Assembly (NCBI GenBank): GCA_937991945.1
Contig: CALKLO010000034.1
Location: 19,270 to 83,269 of the forward strand
Source: an uncultured Granulosicoccus sp.
Lineage (GTDB): Bacteria; Pseudomonadota; Gammaproteobacteria; Granulosicoccales; Granulosicoccaceae
DNA: 64,000 bases
Reading direction: 5' to 3'
Shown here: in pieces, positions 7,182 through 17,839 of the stretch
How the letters are laid out: each line of letters begins with the position of its first letter
How positions within the stretch are numbered: the stretch's first letter is position 1
The notes under the pieces: generated by a model
Database searches by the model: none
What the model was told of the DNA's origin: nothing
What the model saw: only the letters and a program-made list of their open reading frames with translations
Program-made: the position numbers and the translations under genes

Positions 7182-9788
7182 ATGTTAGAAGCCTATCGAC
7201 AACAGGTAGTGGAACGTAAAGCGCAAGGCGTCGTGCCACAGCCTTTGAATGCAGAGCAAACCGCAGCGTTAGTTGATTTGCTGAAAGCTCCGCCTGCTGG
7301 TGAAGAAGAGTTCTTGTTAGAGCTCCTGTCTCAGCGTATTCCCGCAGGTGTTGATGAAGCGGCCTACGTAAAGGCAGGTTTTCTTGCCGCGTTGGCTACT
7401 GGCGAGGCCAGCTCTCCATTGATAAGTAACGTCCGTGCTGTTGAGTTGCTGGGCACTATGCTGGGTGGCTACAACATCCAGCCGCTGATTGCAGCGCTCG
7501 ATGACAGCGCGCTAGCCGATGCAGCTGCGACGTCTTTATCGCACACGCTACTCATGTTCGATGCGTTCCACGACGTCGAAGAAAAAGCTAAATCAGGCAA
7601 TGCCGCCGCTGCCCGTGTTATGCAATCTTGGGCTGACGCTGAATGGTTTCTATCTAAGGAAGATGTGCCAGACAAGGTCACGGTAACTGTGTTCAAGGTA
7701 CCTGGCGAAACCAATACGGATGATCTCTCTCCGGCTGTTGATGCATGGAGTCGACCAGACATTCCACTGCATGCGCAAGCAATGCTCAAGTTCGAACGTG
7801 AAGACTTCACTGATAAGCCACTTGAGACCATCGAAGAGCTAAAGCAAAAAGGTTTTCCTATTGCTTATGTGGGTGATGTCGTTGGTACAGGCTCTTCTCG
7901 TAAGTCTGCCACTAACTCTGTGTTATGGCACATGGGTGACGATATCCCTTACATTCCCAATCGTCGCGACGGTGGTTTTGTACTCGGCAGTAAAATTGCG
8001 CCTATTTTCTACAACACGTTAGAAGATGCTGGAGCACTCCCTATCGAGTGTGATGTCAATGACATGGCCATGGGCGATGTTATCGATATATACCCTAACG
8101 ATATGAAGGTCACTCGTCATGATTCAGACGAAGTGCTGAGCACGTTTGAATATGGAAACGATGTGCTGCTTGATGAAGTGCGAGCAGGCGGTCGTATTCC
8201 TTTAATCATTGGTCGTGGTCTAACAGATCGTGCTCGTGAATCTCTAGGGCTTGAGTTCAGTAAGGTTTTCCGTCGTCCAGGTGCGAGCGATGTAAGCACA
8301 AAAGGTTATACGCTGGCTCAGAAAATTGTCGGTAAAGCATGCGGTACCGATGGCGTACGACCAGGACAATATTGCGAACCTAAAATGACGACCGTGGGTT
8401 CTCAAGATACGACGGGTCCTATGACTCGTGATGAACTGAAAGACTTAGCTTGCTTAGGCTTTTCTGCTGACTTAGTGATGCAATCTTTTTGTCATACGGC
8501 TGCCTACCCTAAGCCTATTGATGTGGATACTCACCACACCTTGCCTGACTTCATGTCGACTCGTGGTGGCGTTGCTTTGCGACCAGGAGACGGCATCATT
8601 CACTCTTGGTTGAACCGTATGCTTCTTCCTGACACCGTCGGTACGGGTGGCGATTCTCATACGCGTTTTCCTATGGGAATATCGTTTCCCGCGGGCTCAG
8701 GACTTGTTGCCTTTGCATCGGCTGTTGGCGTTATGCCGCTCAATATGCCTGAATCTGTTTTGGTGCGATTCAAAGGTGAGATGCAACCTGGTATCACATT
8801 ACGTGACCTGGTTAATGCTATCCCTTATGCCGCTCTCAAAAGAGGTTTGTTAACCGTTGAGAAAAAGGGCAAGAAAAATGTCTTCTCAGGTGCGTGTGTT
8901 GAAATTGAAGGATTAAAAGATCTCAAGCTCGAGCAAGCATTTGAACTGGCAGATGCCACGGCTGAGCGTTCGGCAGGTGGTTGTACGATCAAGTTAGACA
9001 TCGAGCCGCTCAAGGAATACATCACATCCAACGTTACGATGCTTCGCTGGATGATCGATCAAGGCTACGACGATGCTCGTACACTTGAGCGTCGTGCAAG
9101 AAAGATGGAAGAGTGGCTTGAGAATCCAAGCTTGCTGGAAGCCGATAGCGATGCAGAGTACGCAGAAATTATTGAAATTGATCTCAATGAAATCAAGGAA
9201 CCTCTGTTGGCTTGCCCTAATGATCCGGATGACGTTAAGCCGCTTTCAGAAGTGCAGGGTGTCAAAGTTGATGAAGTGTTTATCGGCTCGTGCATGACTA
9301 ACATCGGACACTACCGAGCTGCTGGCAAGCTGATTGAAAAGTCGGGCGAGTATGTGGATACCGTGCTTTGGATTGCACCCCCAACACGTATGGATGAGCA
9401 CCAGCTTAAAGAGGAAGGGTATTACAACATCTTCGGTGCAGCAGGCGCCCGCTTGGAAATACCAGGTTGTTCTTTATGTATGGGTAACCAAGCGCGTGTT
9501 AAGCCAGGCGCTACCGTTGTATCTACCTCTACACGAAACTTTCCTAATAGATTAGGCAAAGGGGCATTTGTATACTTAAGCTCAGCAGAGCTTGCGGCAG
9601 TGGCAGCTTTATTAGGCCGACTACCAACGGTTGAAGAGTATATGACCTACGTGAAAGATCTCGATGCAATGAGTGATGAGGTATATCGCTACTTGAACTT
9701 CAATGAAATTGCTGAATTCCAGCAATCAGCCGATGAAGCGAAAGTGAAGTTCAAAGACATTCCAGTGGCTATTCAAGTCACCGCATAA
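7182..9788 (+). CDS. acnB: Aconitate hydratase 2 / 2-methylisocitrate dehydratase
   Basis: MLEAYR N-terminus, [50 protein letters not shown]; 868 aa. Confidence 0.98.
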   Translation: MLEAYRQQVVERKAQGVVPQPLNAEQTAALVDLLKAPPAGEEEFLLELLSQRIPAGVDEAAYVKAGFLAALATGEASSPLISNVRAVELLGTMLGGYNIQPLIAALDDSALADAAATSLSHTLLMFDAFHDVEEKAKSGNAAAARVMQSWADAEWFLSKEDVPDKVTVTVFKVPGETNTDDLSPAVDAWSRPDIPLHAQAMLKFEREDFTDKPLETIEELKQKGFPIAYVGDVVGTGSSRKSATNSVLWHMGDDIPYIPNRRDGGFVLGSKIAPIFYNTLEDAGALPIECDVNDMAMGDVIDIYPNDMKVTRHDSDEVLSTFEYGNDVLLDEVRAGGRIPLIIGRGLTDRARESLGLEFSKVFRRPGASDVSTKGYTLAQKIVGKACGTDGVRPGQYCEPKMTTVGSQDTTGPMTRDELKDLACLGFSADLVMQSFCHTAAYPKPIDVDTHHTLPDFMSTRGGVALRPGDGIIHSWLNRMLLPDTVGTGGDSHTRFPMGISFPAGSGLVAFASAVGVMPLNMPESVLVRFKGEMQPGITLRDLVNAIPYAALKRGLLTVEKKGKKNVFSGACVEIEGLKDLKLEQAFELADATAERSAGGCTIKLDIEPLKEYITSNVTMLRWMIDQGYDDARTLERRARKMEEWLENPSLLEADSDAEYAEIIEIDLNEIKEPLLACPNDPDDVKPLSEVQGVKVDEVFIGSCMTNIGHYRAAGKLIEKSGEYVDTVLWIAPPTRMDEHQLKEEGYYNIFGAAGARLEIPGCSLCMGNQARVKPGATVVSTSTRNFPNRLGKGAFVYLSSAELAAVAALLGRLPTVEEYMTYVKDLDAMSDEVYRYLNFNEIAEFQQSADEAKVKFKDIPVAIQVTA

Positions 9789-9803
9789 AATGTTCTAACG
9801 CTA

Positions 9804-9829
9804 GCCGAGGTGGCAACTGCCGCCTCGGT
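9804..9829. terminator. GC-rich hairpin between the convergent acnB and hflD
   Basis: GCCGAGGTGGC-AACT-GCCGCCTCGGT (with G-U pairs). Confidence 0.55.
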
Positions 9830-9839
9830 TCACAACGAC

Positions 9840-10463
9840 TTATGAAGATAAGTAACTTTCTGCCTGTTGAATATATTGTCGACGGCTGAGTACCAGCTTG
9901 GGTCTGCTTCCACCGCATTGACGCCATAAAACGACCGATCTTAAGCCGCCCAAGAGTGCGGCTCTAATGGTCGAAGCGATATCGTTATCATTGAGATAAT
10001 CGGGGTCTCCGCTGACCATGATGCGTGGAGTCAACTGGCTAATACTGCTTCTATACAGATTGGCAAAGTTGCTGATCATGGCTGGATCATCAACCGTCAA
10101 ATCCATTGCCTGTGCTCGGCTAATGCCTATTCTCAATTGCTCGACAGTGCTGTCATCGTTGAGAACATTGGTTCCCAATTGAATGAGTGCCAATGCGTAG
10201 CGGGCAATATCAAGATCCCGAGACTGGGTGTTTCCGTCTAACTGGCTTCTGAGTACGGACAAACCCGTGCCTATATTCTGTGGATTGCCACCATAAGCAT
10301 CTATAACGCGTTCGGTATTGAGCGTTAAGATTGAGCGCAAAGTCCCCGCAAGGGCTCCTTTGTCGCACGTGCCGGTGGTTGCCAGGGACTTGCACAGATG
10401 CACAGCCTGAAAGATGCCAGCCATGGCTAACGTCTGATTTTCAATGTTGGATAATGAGGTCAT
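9840..10463 (-). CDS. hflD: High-frequency lysogenization protein HflD
   Basis: QTLAMAGIFQA, ANLYRSSISQLTPRIMVSG, IRAALLGGLRSVVLWRQCGG; downstream of mnmA; start set at ATG 10463. Confidence 0.93.
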   Translation of the reverse strand: MTSLSNIENQTLAMAGIFQAVHLCKSLATTGTCDKGALAGTLRSILTLNTERVIDAYGGNPQNIGTGLSVLRSQLDGNTQSRDLDIARYALALIQLGTNVLNDDSTVEQLRIGISRAQAMDLTVDDPAMISNFANLYRSSISQLTPRIMVSGDPDYLNDNDIASTIRAALLGGLRSVVLWRQCGGSRPKLVLSRRQYIQQAESYLSS

Positions 10464-10491
10464 ACGAAGGAGTATAGGTTGTGCAAACAGT

Positions 10492-11619
10492 CTATTGAGG
10501 CAAATCACTAATAACGGCTCCGCCGAGGCAGTGCTCTTCGGAATAAAACACAATAGATTGGCCTGGAGTTGCCGCGCGTACAGGCTCGTCAAATTGGATG
10601 TCTAGTGTGCCGTTTCTATTATTGGTGACGGTAACGTGTTGATCGTTCTGGCGATATCGTACTTTCGCTGTACATCGAAATTGTGCGGATGCCATAGTGC
10701 CGCTAACCCAGTGAACATCGTGTGCGTTCAAATGTGAGCGAAACAAGATAGGGTGATCGTGCCCCTGACCGACAATCAGCTTGTTGTCGTCCAGGTCTTT
10801 GGCCAGTACATACCAGGGGGACTCATTGCTATTGCTCTTGCCTCCAATTCCCAGGCCTTGTCTCTGGCCTAAGGTGTAGAACATTAAGCCGTTGTGCCGT
10901 CCTATGTTGTCGCCGGCATCAGTGACGATATCGCCAGGCTGAGCGGGTAAGTATTCAGACAAAAACGAGGTGAATTTACGCTCACCAATGAAGCAAATTC
11001 CAGTGCTGTCTTTTTTACTGTGCACATGAAAACCGGCTTCTTGGGCTAATTGCCGAACCTTGGGTTTTTCAAAATCTCCAACAGGAAACAAGCTAGGTCT
11101 CAACTGTTGTTGATTGAGCGTATAGAGGAAGTAACTTTGGTCTTTATTGTTATCCAAACCTCGCATTAACGAAATGTGTTCATTGTCACCACCCGATCGG
11201 ACATAGTGCCCTGTTGCGATAGCGTCAGCGCCTTGAGCCCGTGCGTGATCGAGAAAGGCTTTGAATTTGATTTCCTTGTTACACAAAATATCGGGGTTTG
11301 GGGTTCGGCCGGCGCTGTATTCACTTAAAAAATGCTCGAAAACGCGTTCCCAATATTCTTCGGCGAAATTGACGGTGGTGAGTTCCATGCCCAGCTTTGC
11401 AGCAACTGAAGAGGCATCTCGATAATCCTGTCGTGCGGTGCAGTGCTCATCGTCGTCTTCCCAGTTCTGCATGAAAATGCCGGAGACGTTATACCCCTGT
11501 TGTTTTAGTAATAGGGCTGCAACGGAAGAATCGACACCTCCGGACATGCCGACAATGACATGCATGGAATGCACGTCGGTGCGCAATGGTGCGGCTAATG
11601 AAGTAGGCAGGGTAGACAT
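10492..11619 (-). CDS. mnmA: tRNA 2-thiouridine(34) synthase
   Basis: [45 protein letters not shown]. Confidence 0.97.
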   Translation of the reverse strand: MSTLPTSLAAPLRTDVHSMHVIVGMSGGVDSSVAALLLKQQGYNVSGIFMQNWEDDDEHCTARQDYRDASSVAAKLGMELTTVNFAEEYWERVFEHFLSEYSAGRTPNPDILCNKEIKFKAFLDHARAQGADAIATGHYVRSGGDNEHISLMRGLDNNKDQSYFLYTLNQQQLRPSLFPVGDFEKPKVRQLAQEAGFHVHSKKDSTGICFIGERKFTSFLSEYLPAQPGDIVTDAGDNIGRHNGLMFYTLGQRQGLGIGGKSNSNESPWYVLAKDLDDNKLIVGQGHDHPILFRSHLNAHDVHWVSGTMASAQFRCTAKVRYRQNDQHVTVTNNRNGTLDIQFDEPVRAATPGQSIVFYSEEHCLGGAVISDLPQ

Positions 11620-11622
11620 GGT

Positions 11623-12600
11623 TTATAGGTTGGTAATTAGGGTGTCGCCACGGGTGTTGACGTTGCGTTTTAACGGTGGTGGCGCTGTTTGGCGTGCGAA
11701 GAAGTTGCCGTCCATCATTTCTAAAAATTGCTTGGCTTGGGCTGAGAGAAATTTCCCACGTCGTACCACAACCCCATACGAGCGATTCGGGAAGTAGGCG
11801 TCCATGGGCTTGACGGTTAGATTTTCAAACCCTCTCAGGCAAATGCTGGTGACGATACTGATGCCAGTGCCTATTTCTACATAACGTTTGATAACTTCCC
11901 AGCCTCCGGCTTCAAGGACCACATTATACGGAACGCCGTGTTGGCGAAAGACAAGATCAACTACGCTCCAGGTGCTCAAGTGCTTGGGGGGTAAAATTAG
12001 CCCATAGGGACTGATATCCTCAAGCGTGATGTTCTCTTTGTCTTCTAGCGGGTGGCCTTTGCACATAATAAGTGCAGGCTTGTAGTCATAGATAGGGTGG
12101 TAAACCATATCATCGGGCACATCGATCATTGAGCCAACAGCAAAGTCTACATCGTTAGCTCGCAGTAGAGCTAAGCCATCATGACCCGTGACGTTGTGAA
12201 GCCGAACGTCAATTTGCGAAAACTGATCGGAAAACGACTTTATGATGTCGGGCAAAATATAGAGAAGCGTTGCCTCACCAGATGCGATGTCTAGGGGGCC
12301 CGCATGAACCTCTCCCAACCGAGCTGAGAAACTGTCTGCTAATCGTGCAAACCCATCCACTAGCGGTTGCGCCATATCCAGAAGCAGTTCGCCAGCCGGC
12401 GTTAAGCGAATCTTTGGACCGCAGCGTTCGAACAGGAGGGTGCCTAAATCTTTCTCTAGGGCTTGGATTTGTAAGGACACCGTTGGCTGGCTTAATTTAA
12501 GCCTCAGTGCAGCTTTGGAGATACTGCCGGTCTGTGCCGCATGACAAAAAGCACGCAACTGTCTGTGCTGGTTCAGATTAGGTGTATCAATACTCGTCAT
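11623..12600 (-). CDS. LysR-family transcriptional regulator (CysB-like substrate-binding domain)
   Basis: N-terminal HTH SISKAA..LSQPTVSLQIQALE...LFER; GGWEVIKRYVEIGTGISI. Confidence 0.92.
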   Translation of the reverse strand: MTSIDTPNLNQHRQLRAFCHAAQTGSISKAALRLKLSQPTVSLQIQALEKDLGTLLFERCGPKIRLTPAGELLLDMAQPLVDGFARLADSFSARLGEVHAGPLDIASGEATLLYILPDIIKSFSDQFSQIDVRLHNVTGHDGLALLRANDVDFAVGSMIDVPDDMVYHPIYDYKPALIMCKGHPLEDKENITLEDISPYGLILPPKHLSTWSVVDLVFRQHGVPYNVVLEAGGWEVIKRYVEIGTGISIVTSICLRGFENLTVKPMDAYFPNRSYGVVVRRGKFLSAQAKQFLEMMDGNFFARQTAPPPLKRNVNTRGDTLITNL

Positions 12601-12640
12601 TGCGTTCGATTATTAGCTCAGTCAATGGTAATGATTTTGA

Positions 12641-12657
12641 CTATTGTAATCTAATAG
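12641..12657. promoter_or_regulatory. Possible LysR-type operator
   Basis: Interrupted palindrome CTATT-N7-AATAG containing T-N11-A, 40 bp upstream of the LysR start. Confidence 0.35.
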
Positions 12658-12805
12658 CGCTTCAGGCGACAGAGTTTGACGAGGCAATGCGCCAAAGTAG
12701 GGCGTTAAACGGGGGTGTTTACTATGATTTTTAGTTCTGCCTCAGCTTTGCTTGTGGCATAGATATAGGTAGACTTACCCGCCCCCTAACTCCGAATCTA
12801 TTTAT

Positions 12806-13648
12806 ATGCTCAGCCTTTTAAGAACTTGGCTGTTGGACCCCGCAGCACTGCTGTTTATTGCGTCCATAATTGTCGGGCTTATTCTGGTTAAATCCTCCAG
12901 AAATAGACTTCGGCGTAGGTCGGCGGGTTTTAAAACAGTGCGAGGGCGCTTTTCTCTGAACAGGCGAGATGTCGTTTCATTCAGAGCGATGATAATTCTG
13001 TGTGTCTGGTTTCTTATGTTTGCGGTCGCCTCGTCGCCAATATTCGTCAATCCGTTGGTTAATATTCTTGAGAAGAGGCATGCATCGACGGAGAGCTGTG
13101 CCGTGGGTAGTCATGTTGTGCTGCTTAGCGGTGGCGTAAGTTCACGCGCAAGAACCAATGATCAATTTGATAAAATGTCCTACGCCACTTTTGTGCGTGC
13201 TACTGAGGCGTATAAAATAATTAGCCAGGAGCCCGAAGCTACGCTAATTATTTCTGGAGGAGAGCTGTTCAGAGTGGCCGAAGCTCGAGTCATCGGAACC
13301 TACTTTGAAAGTCTTGGCGTGTCTAAAGACAGGATGATCCTAGAGTCTAGGTCCAAGAATACGCATGAAAACGCTGTAAGAGTTGCAGCTATTCTCGCTG
13401 ATGAAGACGTGGTAGGCCCAGTGCGTCTAGTGAGTTCTGCTATGCATATGCCGCGTGCCTTGGGCAGCTTTGAAAAGGCACTCGACGACACTGACGTGGA
13501 CCTATGCCCCGTCAGTGTCGATTTTTTAGGGATCGACCGAATGTTATGGTTCGGATGGGTGCCGCAAGTTACGGCACTCGTCAAATTTGATCACCTAATC
13601 CACGAAGTTGTTGCGTTAGTGGTTTACCGCTTTAAAGGTTGGCTCTAA
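12806..13648 (+). CDS. YdcF/ElyC (DUF218) family membrane protein
   Basis: [36 protein letters not shown] near the C-terminus; N-terminal TM segments. Confidence 0.9.
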   Translation: MLSLLRTWLLDPAALLFIASIIVGLILVKSSRNRLRRRSAGFKTVRGRFSLNRRDVVSFRAMIILCVWFLMFAVASSPIFVNPLVNILEKRHASTESCAVGSHVVLLSGGVSSRARTNDQFDKMSYATFVRATEAYKIISQEPEATLIISGGELFRVAEARVIGTYFESLGVSKDRMILESRSKNTHENAVRVAAILADEDVVGPVRLVSSAMHMPRALGSFEKALDDTDVDLCPVSVDFLGIDRMLWFGWVPQVTALVKFDHLIHEVVALVVYRFKGWL

Positions 13649-14652
13649 ACCTTGTAATACTCAAGATACCACTCGACAAATTTACCGATGCCTTCTTCAA
13701 CAGAAGTGTCTGGCTTATAGTTCACATCGCGAACTAAGTCAGACACATCGGCGTAGGTATCAGGCACATCACCGGCTTGAAGTGGCAGCAGATTTTTCTC
13801 AGCAGTACGATTAAGGCAAGACTCCAGAGTACTAATGTAGTGCTCTAGGTCTATTGGCTGATTGTTGCCAATGTTATAGATTCTGTACGGAGCAGAGCTT
13901 GTCGCTGGATCGGGTGCATTGCTGTCCCATTCGCTATTCGGTTTTGCTGGGTTATCAAGCGTTCTCATAACGCCTTCTACGATGTCTTCGACAAACGTAA
14001 AATCACGTTTGTGTTTGCCATAGTTGAAAACATCAATAGGCTTGCCTGCCAAAATATTTTTGGTGAACAAAAATAGGGCCATGTCGGGACGTCCCCAAGG
14101 ACCGTACACCGTAAAGAAACGCAGCCCAGTCGTAGGAAGATTAAATAAGTGGCTATAGGTATGCGCCATGAGCTCATTCGCTTTTTTGGTCGCTGCGTAC
14201 AAGCTTACCGGGTGATCCACAGACTCGTGCACACTGAACGGCATGTTGGTGTGGTTGCCGTATACAGAGCTTGTTGATGCGTACACCAAATGCTCTACGC
14301 CAGTGTGACGGCAGTTTTCTAAAACGTTGGTGAAACCCGTGACATTGGCATCAATGTAGGCTTGTGGGTTCTCAAGTGAGTAGCGAACACCTGCTTGCGC
14401 GGCTAGGTTGACCACACGTTGTGGCTGATGCTTTTTGAAGGTCGCTTCCATTAGGTCGCGGTCTTCTAAGTTGCCTCGAACCTCGGTAAATCCAGCGTGA
14501 GCCTTAACGCGCTCAAGCCGGGCATGCTTCAAACTGACGTCGTAGTAGTCGTTTAAGTTGTCGATACCGATGACTTCATCGCCGCGCGCTAATAGTTTTA
14601 GAGCAAGCGTTGAGCCTATGAATCCGGCTGTGCCGGTTATAAGAATTTTCAT
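13645..14652 (-). CDS. NAD-dependent epimerase (UDP-glucuronate 4-epimerase type)
   Basis: [51 protein letters not shown]. Confidence 0.93.
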   Translation of the reverse strand: MKILITGTAGFIGSTLALKLLARGDEVIGIDNLNDYYDVSLKHARLERVKAHAGFTEVRGNLEDRDLMEATFKKHQPQRVVNLAAQAGVRYSLENPQAYIDANVTGFTNVLENCRHTGVEHLVYASTSSVYGNHTNMPFSVHESVDHPVSLYAATKKANELMAHTYSHLFNLPTTGLRFFTVYGPWGRPDMALFLFTKNILAGKPIDVFNYGKHKRDFTFVEDIVEGVMRTLDNPAKPNSEWDSNAPDPATSSAPYRIYNIGNNQPIDLEHYISTLESCLNRTAEKNLLPLQAGDVPDTYADVSDLVRDVNYKPDTSVEEGIGKFVEWYLEYYKV

Positions 14653-14672
14653 GGATTTAATGTTTTTGGCAA

Positions 14673-15953
14673 TTAGAGTCGTGCGTCAACGGAGTCTTTT
14701 GGCAGTATGCTTTTAATGTCATAAAGCACATTTTCAGGCTTACCAAACTCGCGAATTGCATCTACACCGAGGGACACGAATTGTTCGTGTGCAACTGCGA
14801 GAATAATAGCATCGTAGTGATTTTTCTTTGGCTCTGAAACCGGTGTGATTCCGTATTCTCGCGTCGCTTCGGCAGGGTCAACCCAAGGATCGTATATATC
14901 GACGTTTGCATGATAATTTTCGAGTTCAGCAACGATATCGACGACGCGAGTGTTGCGAAGATCTGGGCAATTTTCTTTGAACGCCAAACCCAAAATTAGA
15001 ATGTTGGCACCAACAACGTGAACGCGACGTTTGGTCAGCATTTTAATGACTTGTTCCGCAACAAAGGCTCCCATGCCATCGTTTATTTGGCGCCCAGATA
15101 AAATCACCTGTGGGTAATACCCAATTTCTTGGGCTTTGTGCGTCAAATAGTATGGATCGACACTGATGCAGTGGCCACCAACAAGACCTGGCCGGAAATT
15201 AAGGAAATTCCATTTTGTACCAGCGGCTTCGAGCACCTCAAGCGTGTCGATACCAAGTCTGTCGAATATCAATGCCAGTTCATTAATAAGTGCGATGTTG
15301 AGATCACGTTGAGTGTTTTCAATGACTTTTGCAGCTTCAGCAACTTTGATCGAGCTAGCCAAATGAGTGCCCGCCGTAATAATGCGCTGATATAAAGCAT
15401 TAACTGCCTCAGCAACTTCAGGTGTTGAACCTGATGTTACCTTCATGATGGTGCTAACCCGGTGTTCTTTATCGCCTGGATTAATACGCTCGGGGCTATA
15501 ACCTGCAAAAAAGTCTTGGTTGAAGACCATGCCAGATTCGCGTTCGAGGATAGGTATGCAGACCTCTTCTGTCGCTCCCGGATACACCGTTGACTCATAA
15601 ATCACAACCGCGCCTGATTTCATCACTCGACCAATGGTCTCGCTGGCTTTGACGAGAGGCGTCAAATCGGGCTGTTTGTGACTATTAATAGGTGTTGGAA
15701 CTGTGACGATGAATACTTTGCAATCGGCAAGGTCTGCAGGGTCACAGGTGTAGCTGATGTGTTCTGCCTCAGCCATCTCCTCTTTAGAGACTTCGAGAGT
15801 GCGGTCGTGACCTTTCTGTAATTCTGAAATTCTTGTCTCGTGGATATCGAAACCGATAGTCGGACTGCCTTTACCGAATTCGACCGCGAGGGGTAGGCCC
15901 ACGTAGCCCAGTCCGATTACTGCGATTTTATCGCTAACACCGATTGTAAACAT
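14673..15953 (-). CDS. tviB: UDP-N-acetylhexosamine C6-dehydrogenase (TviB/WbpO type)
   Basis: [51 protein letters not shown]. Confidence 0.88.
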   Translation of the reverse strand: MFTIGVSDKIAVIGLGYVGLPLAVEFGKGSPTIGFDIHETRISELQKGHDRTLEVSKEEMAEAEHISYTCDPADLADCKVFIVTVPTPINSHKQPDLTPLVKASETIGRVMKSGAVVIYESTVYPGATEEVCIPILERESGMVFNQDFFAGYSPERINPGDKEHRVSTIMKVTSGSTPEVAEAVNALYQRIITAGTHLASSIKVAEAAKVIENTQRDLNIALINELALIFDRLGIDTLEVLEAAGTKWNFLNFRPGLVGGHCISVDPYYLTHKAQEIGYYPQVILSGRQINDGMGAFVAEQVIKMLTKRRVHVVGANILILGLAFKENCPDLRNTRVVDIVAELENYHANVDIYDPWVDPAEATREYGITPVSEPKKNHYDAIILAVAHEQFVSLGVDAIREFGKPENVLYDIKSILPKDSVDARL

Positions 15954-16246
15954 TGAGTCGACAGATCCCGTCGTTGAGTTTGAGATGACATCATAAGTCC
16001 GCGAGATGATCTCGCGGGCACACGATTATAAACAACTGTATACGTTATGCCGTAGGAACGATTGTTCCGGAGGGTTCAGTGTTATGTTACTTGTCGTTGA
16101 CGCCAAACCCTATTCAGCCGAACAGGTTATACAGGGGTATCGGCTGGGATGCGAAAAACTGCGACGCTTAGTGTGCAAAGAGCGAGTCAGATCTCAATCT
16201 GACTCGGGCATTTTATTTGCTATGACACTGTGAGACGGGGTTACTG

Positions 16247-16852
16247 CTACTTAGGATCGGCAATAAATACGCCTTTTGAGCGAGCGCGGCGAATTTCTTC
16301 AGGTGTGGGTATGAATTCGCTCTGAGGTGCTTCTCGTAAAACCTGTTGGCCCCTTTGTCGGGCTTGCTGGTTTGTTTTCTTATCTAATATGAAGAATAGG
16401 ACGATGGTAGAAAAAATTACAATACAGGCGGTTAAGCCCCAGATAATTTTTCTGGTGGAGTGTGGCAGCCAGCGTCCTTTGTCAGGATCATCGTCGTCGT
16501 CTCGGGCGAGTGTGCTTGAGTCTAAATCGTTGCGTTTCACTTCACCTGCAGTTTTCGTAGGTTCATCGTGGGACGAATTCAGCTCTGCGTCAGGTCTGTC
16601 TTCTTGACGGTCTATATTTTCAAACGGGAGCCTGCCATGCAACCTCTGGAATTCCTTAAGATTATTGTACGATTTAGTCAGCGCAATAAACTGTTTTTGA
16701 GCTTGTTGTCTTTCTCGAGGTTTATCAGCATATCGGTCTGGATGCCAAATATGCACGAGCTTTTGATACTTCGCTCGAGCTGACTTCCAGTTTGCCGAAT
16801 TACTGAGTTTGAGGACGAGATAGTCCTTATTGAAATCGTCTGGTTCATTCAT
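16247..16852 (-). CDS. J-domain protein with a C-terminal transmembrane helix
   Basis: YLVLKL...YQKLVHIWHPDRY...FIALTKSY J-domain with HPD intact; hydrophobic helix IIWGLTACIVIFSTIVLFFIL. Confidence 0.85.
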   Translation of the reverse strand: MNEPDDFNKDYLVLKLSNSANWKSARAKYQKLVHIWHPDRYADKPRERQQAQKQFIALTKSYNNLKEFQRLHGRLPFENIDRQEDRPDAELNSSHDEPTKTAGEVKRNDLDSSTLARDDDDDPDKGRWLPHSTRKIIWGLTACIVIFSTIVLFFILDKKTNQQARQRGQQVLREAPQSEFIPTPEEIRRARSKGVFIADPK

Positions 16853-17146
16853 GTCTGTCAGCTTACCGTCCGTTAACCCTTTAAATTGTTGGAACCTAGG
16901 ATAATTGTCCGGCTCGAAAGAAGGACATCCTTTATTGAGGTGCGGGAAACATACACACTCTAGTTAGTGTGTAACGGCAGACCCCGTGTGAAGATTATAT
17001 ATTTAAGTATGTTAGCGTTAAATCAAGTGTTTTCGCAATCAGCCGCTAGCACTGTTCAGATTAAATAGTATTTTTGCTACACGTCAGTGCTTGTGACGTG
17101 TTCAACAGTTTGACTTAGTTCACGTGTCTTGGAGGCCAATGGATCA

Positions 17147-17770
17147 ATGAACGCACTGCGTATTGTTACACTACTGTTAGTTTGCACTTTAGCTGCATGC
17201 GGTGGGACTCGTGGTCCTTTGGACCAAGATGAACGTCCACCAGAACAAACCCGTGCTGTCGTTCCGGAGTTTCGCTTGGGCGCTGGAGACATTATTAGCG
17301 TAAGTGTATGGAAAAACCCAGATTTGACGGCGCGAGTGCCTGTCAGACCAGACGGATTTGTTTCTTTGCCGCTCGCAGGAGAGGTTGTTGCAGGCGGCCG
17401 AACACCCGCTGAGATTGCAAGGGACACCGAGCAGAAGTTGGCTCAATTTATACGTACGCCCAAAGTGTCGGTCATCATTGAGGAAATTCCCAGTGCTGAG
17501 TTCAAGAACCGTGTTCGCGTAGTCGGCGGTGTGGCAGAGCCTAAGTCGATCTCCCACAGAGAAGGTATGACGGTTATTGACTTGGTTTTGGAAGGGGGGG
17601 GCACTAACGAATTTGCTTCACCTAACGCGACAAAGCTGTACCGAACCATTGATGGGGTCGCTCGAGTCTTTGATATTTATTTAGACGACATATTGTCACG
17701 AGGCTTGCTAGATACTAACTATCCGTTGATTCCAGGCGACGTAATAACAATTCCGGAACGTCGGTTCTAG
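17147..17770 (+). CDS. Polysaccharide export OPX (Wza-family) lipoprotein, short form (XrtA/PEP-CTERM-associated type)
   Basis: Lipobox LAAC; GAGDIISVSVW...VRPDGFVSLPLAGEV Poly_export signature; one SLBB domain; ends GDVITIPERRF. Confidence 0.9.
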   Translation: MNALRIVTLLLVCTLAACGGTRGPLDQDERPPEQTRAVVPEFRLGAGDIISVSVWKNPDLTARVPVRPDGFVSLPLAGEVVAGGRTPAEIARDTEQKLAQFIRTPKVSVIIEEIPSAEFKNRVRVVGGVAEPKSISHREGMTVIDLVLEGGGTNEFASPNATKLYRTIDGVARVFDIYLDDILSRGLLDTNYPLIPGDVITIPERRF

Positions 17771-17839
17771 ACGAATAACAAATTTTTGTATTGGTGTGAA
17801 TGATTCACATGCAGCTACATTGAAGAAGCCACAAAATTT

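Noticed and set aside
10464-10592. Longer hflD start overlapping mnmA
   Set aside because: HflD similarity starts at MTSLSNIENQTLAMAG; the extension overlaps mnmA by ~100 nt.
16006-16233. 75-aa ORF between tviB and the J-domain gene
   Set aside because: No motif or RBS; lies antisense across the likely tviB promoter region.
16853-17146. sigma54 promoter or ops/JUMPstart element for the EPS operon
   Set aside because: No TGGC-N7-TTGC and no GGCGGTAG found by eye on either strand.
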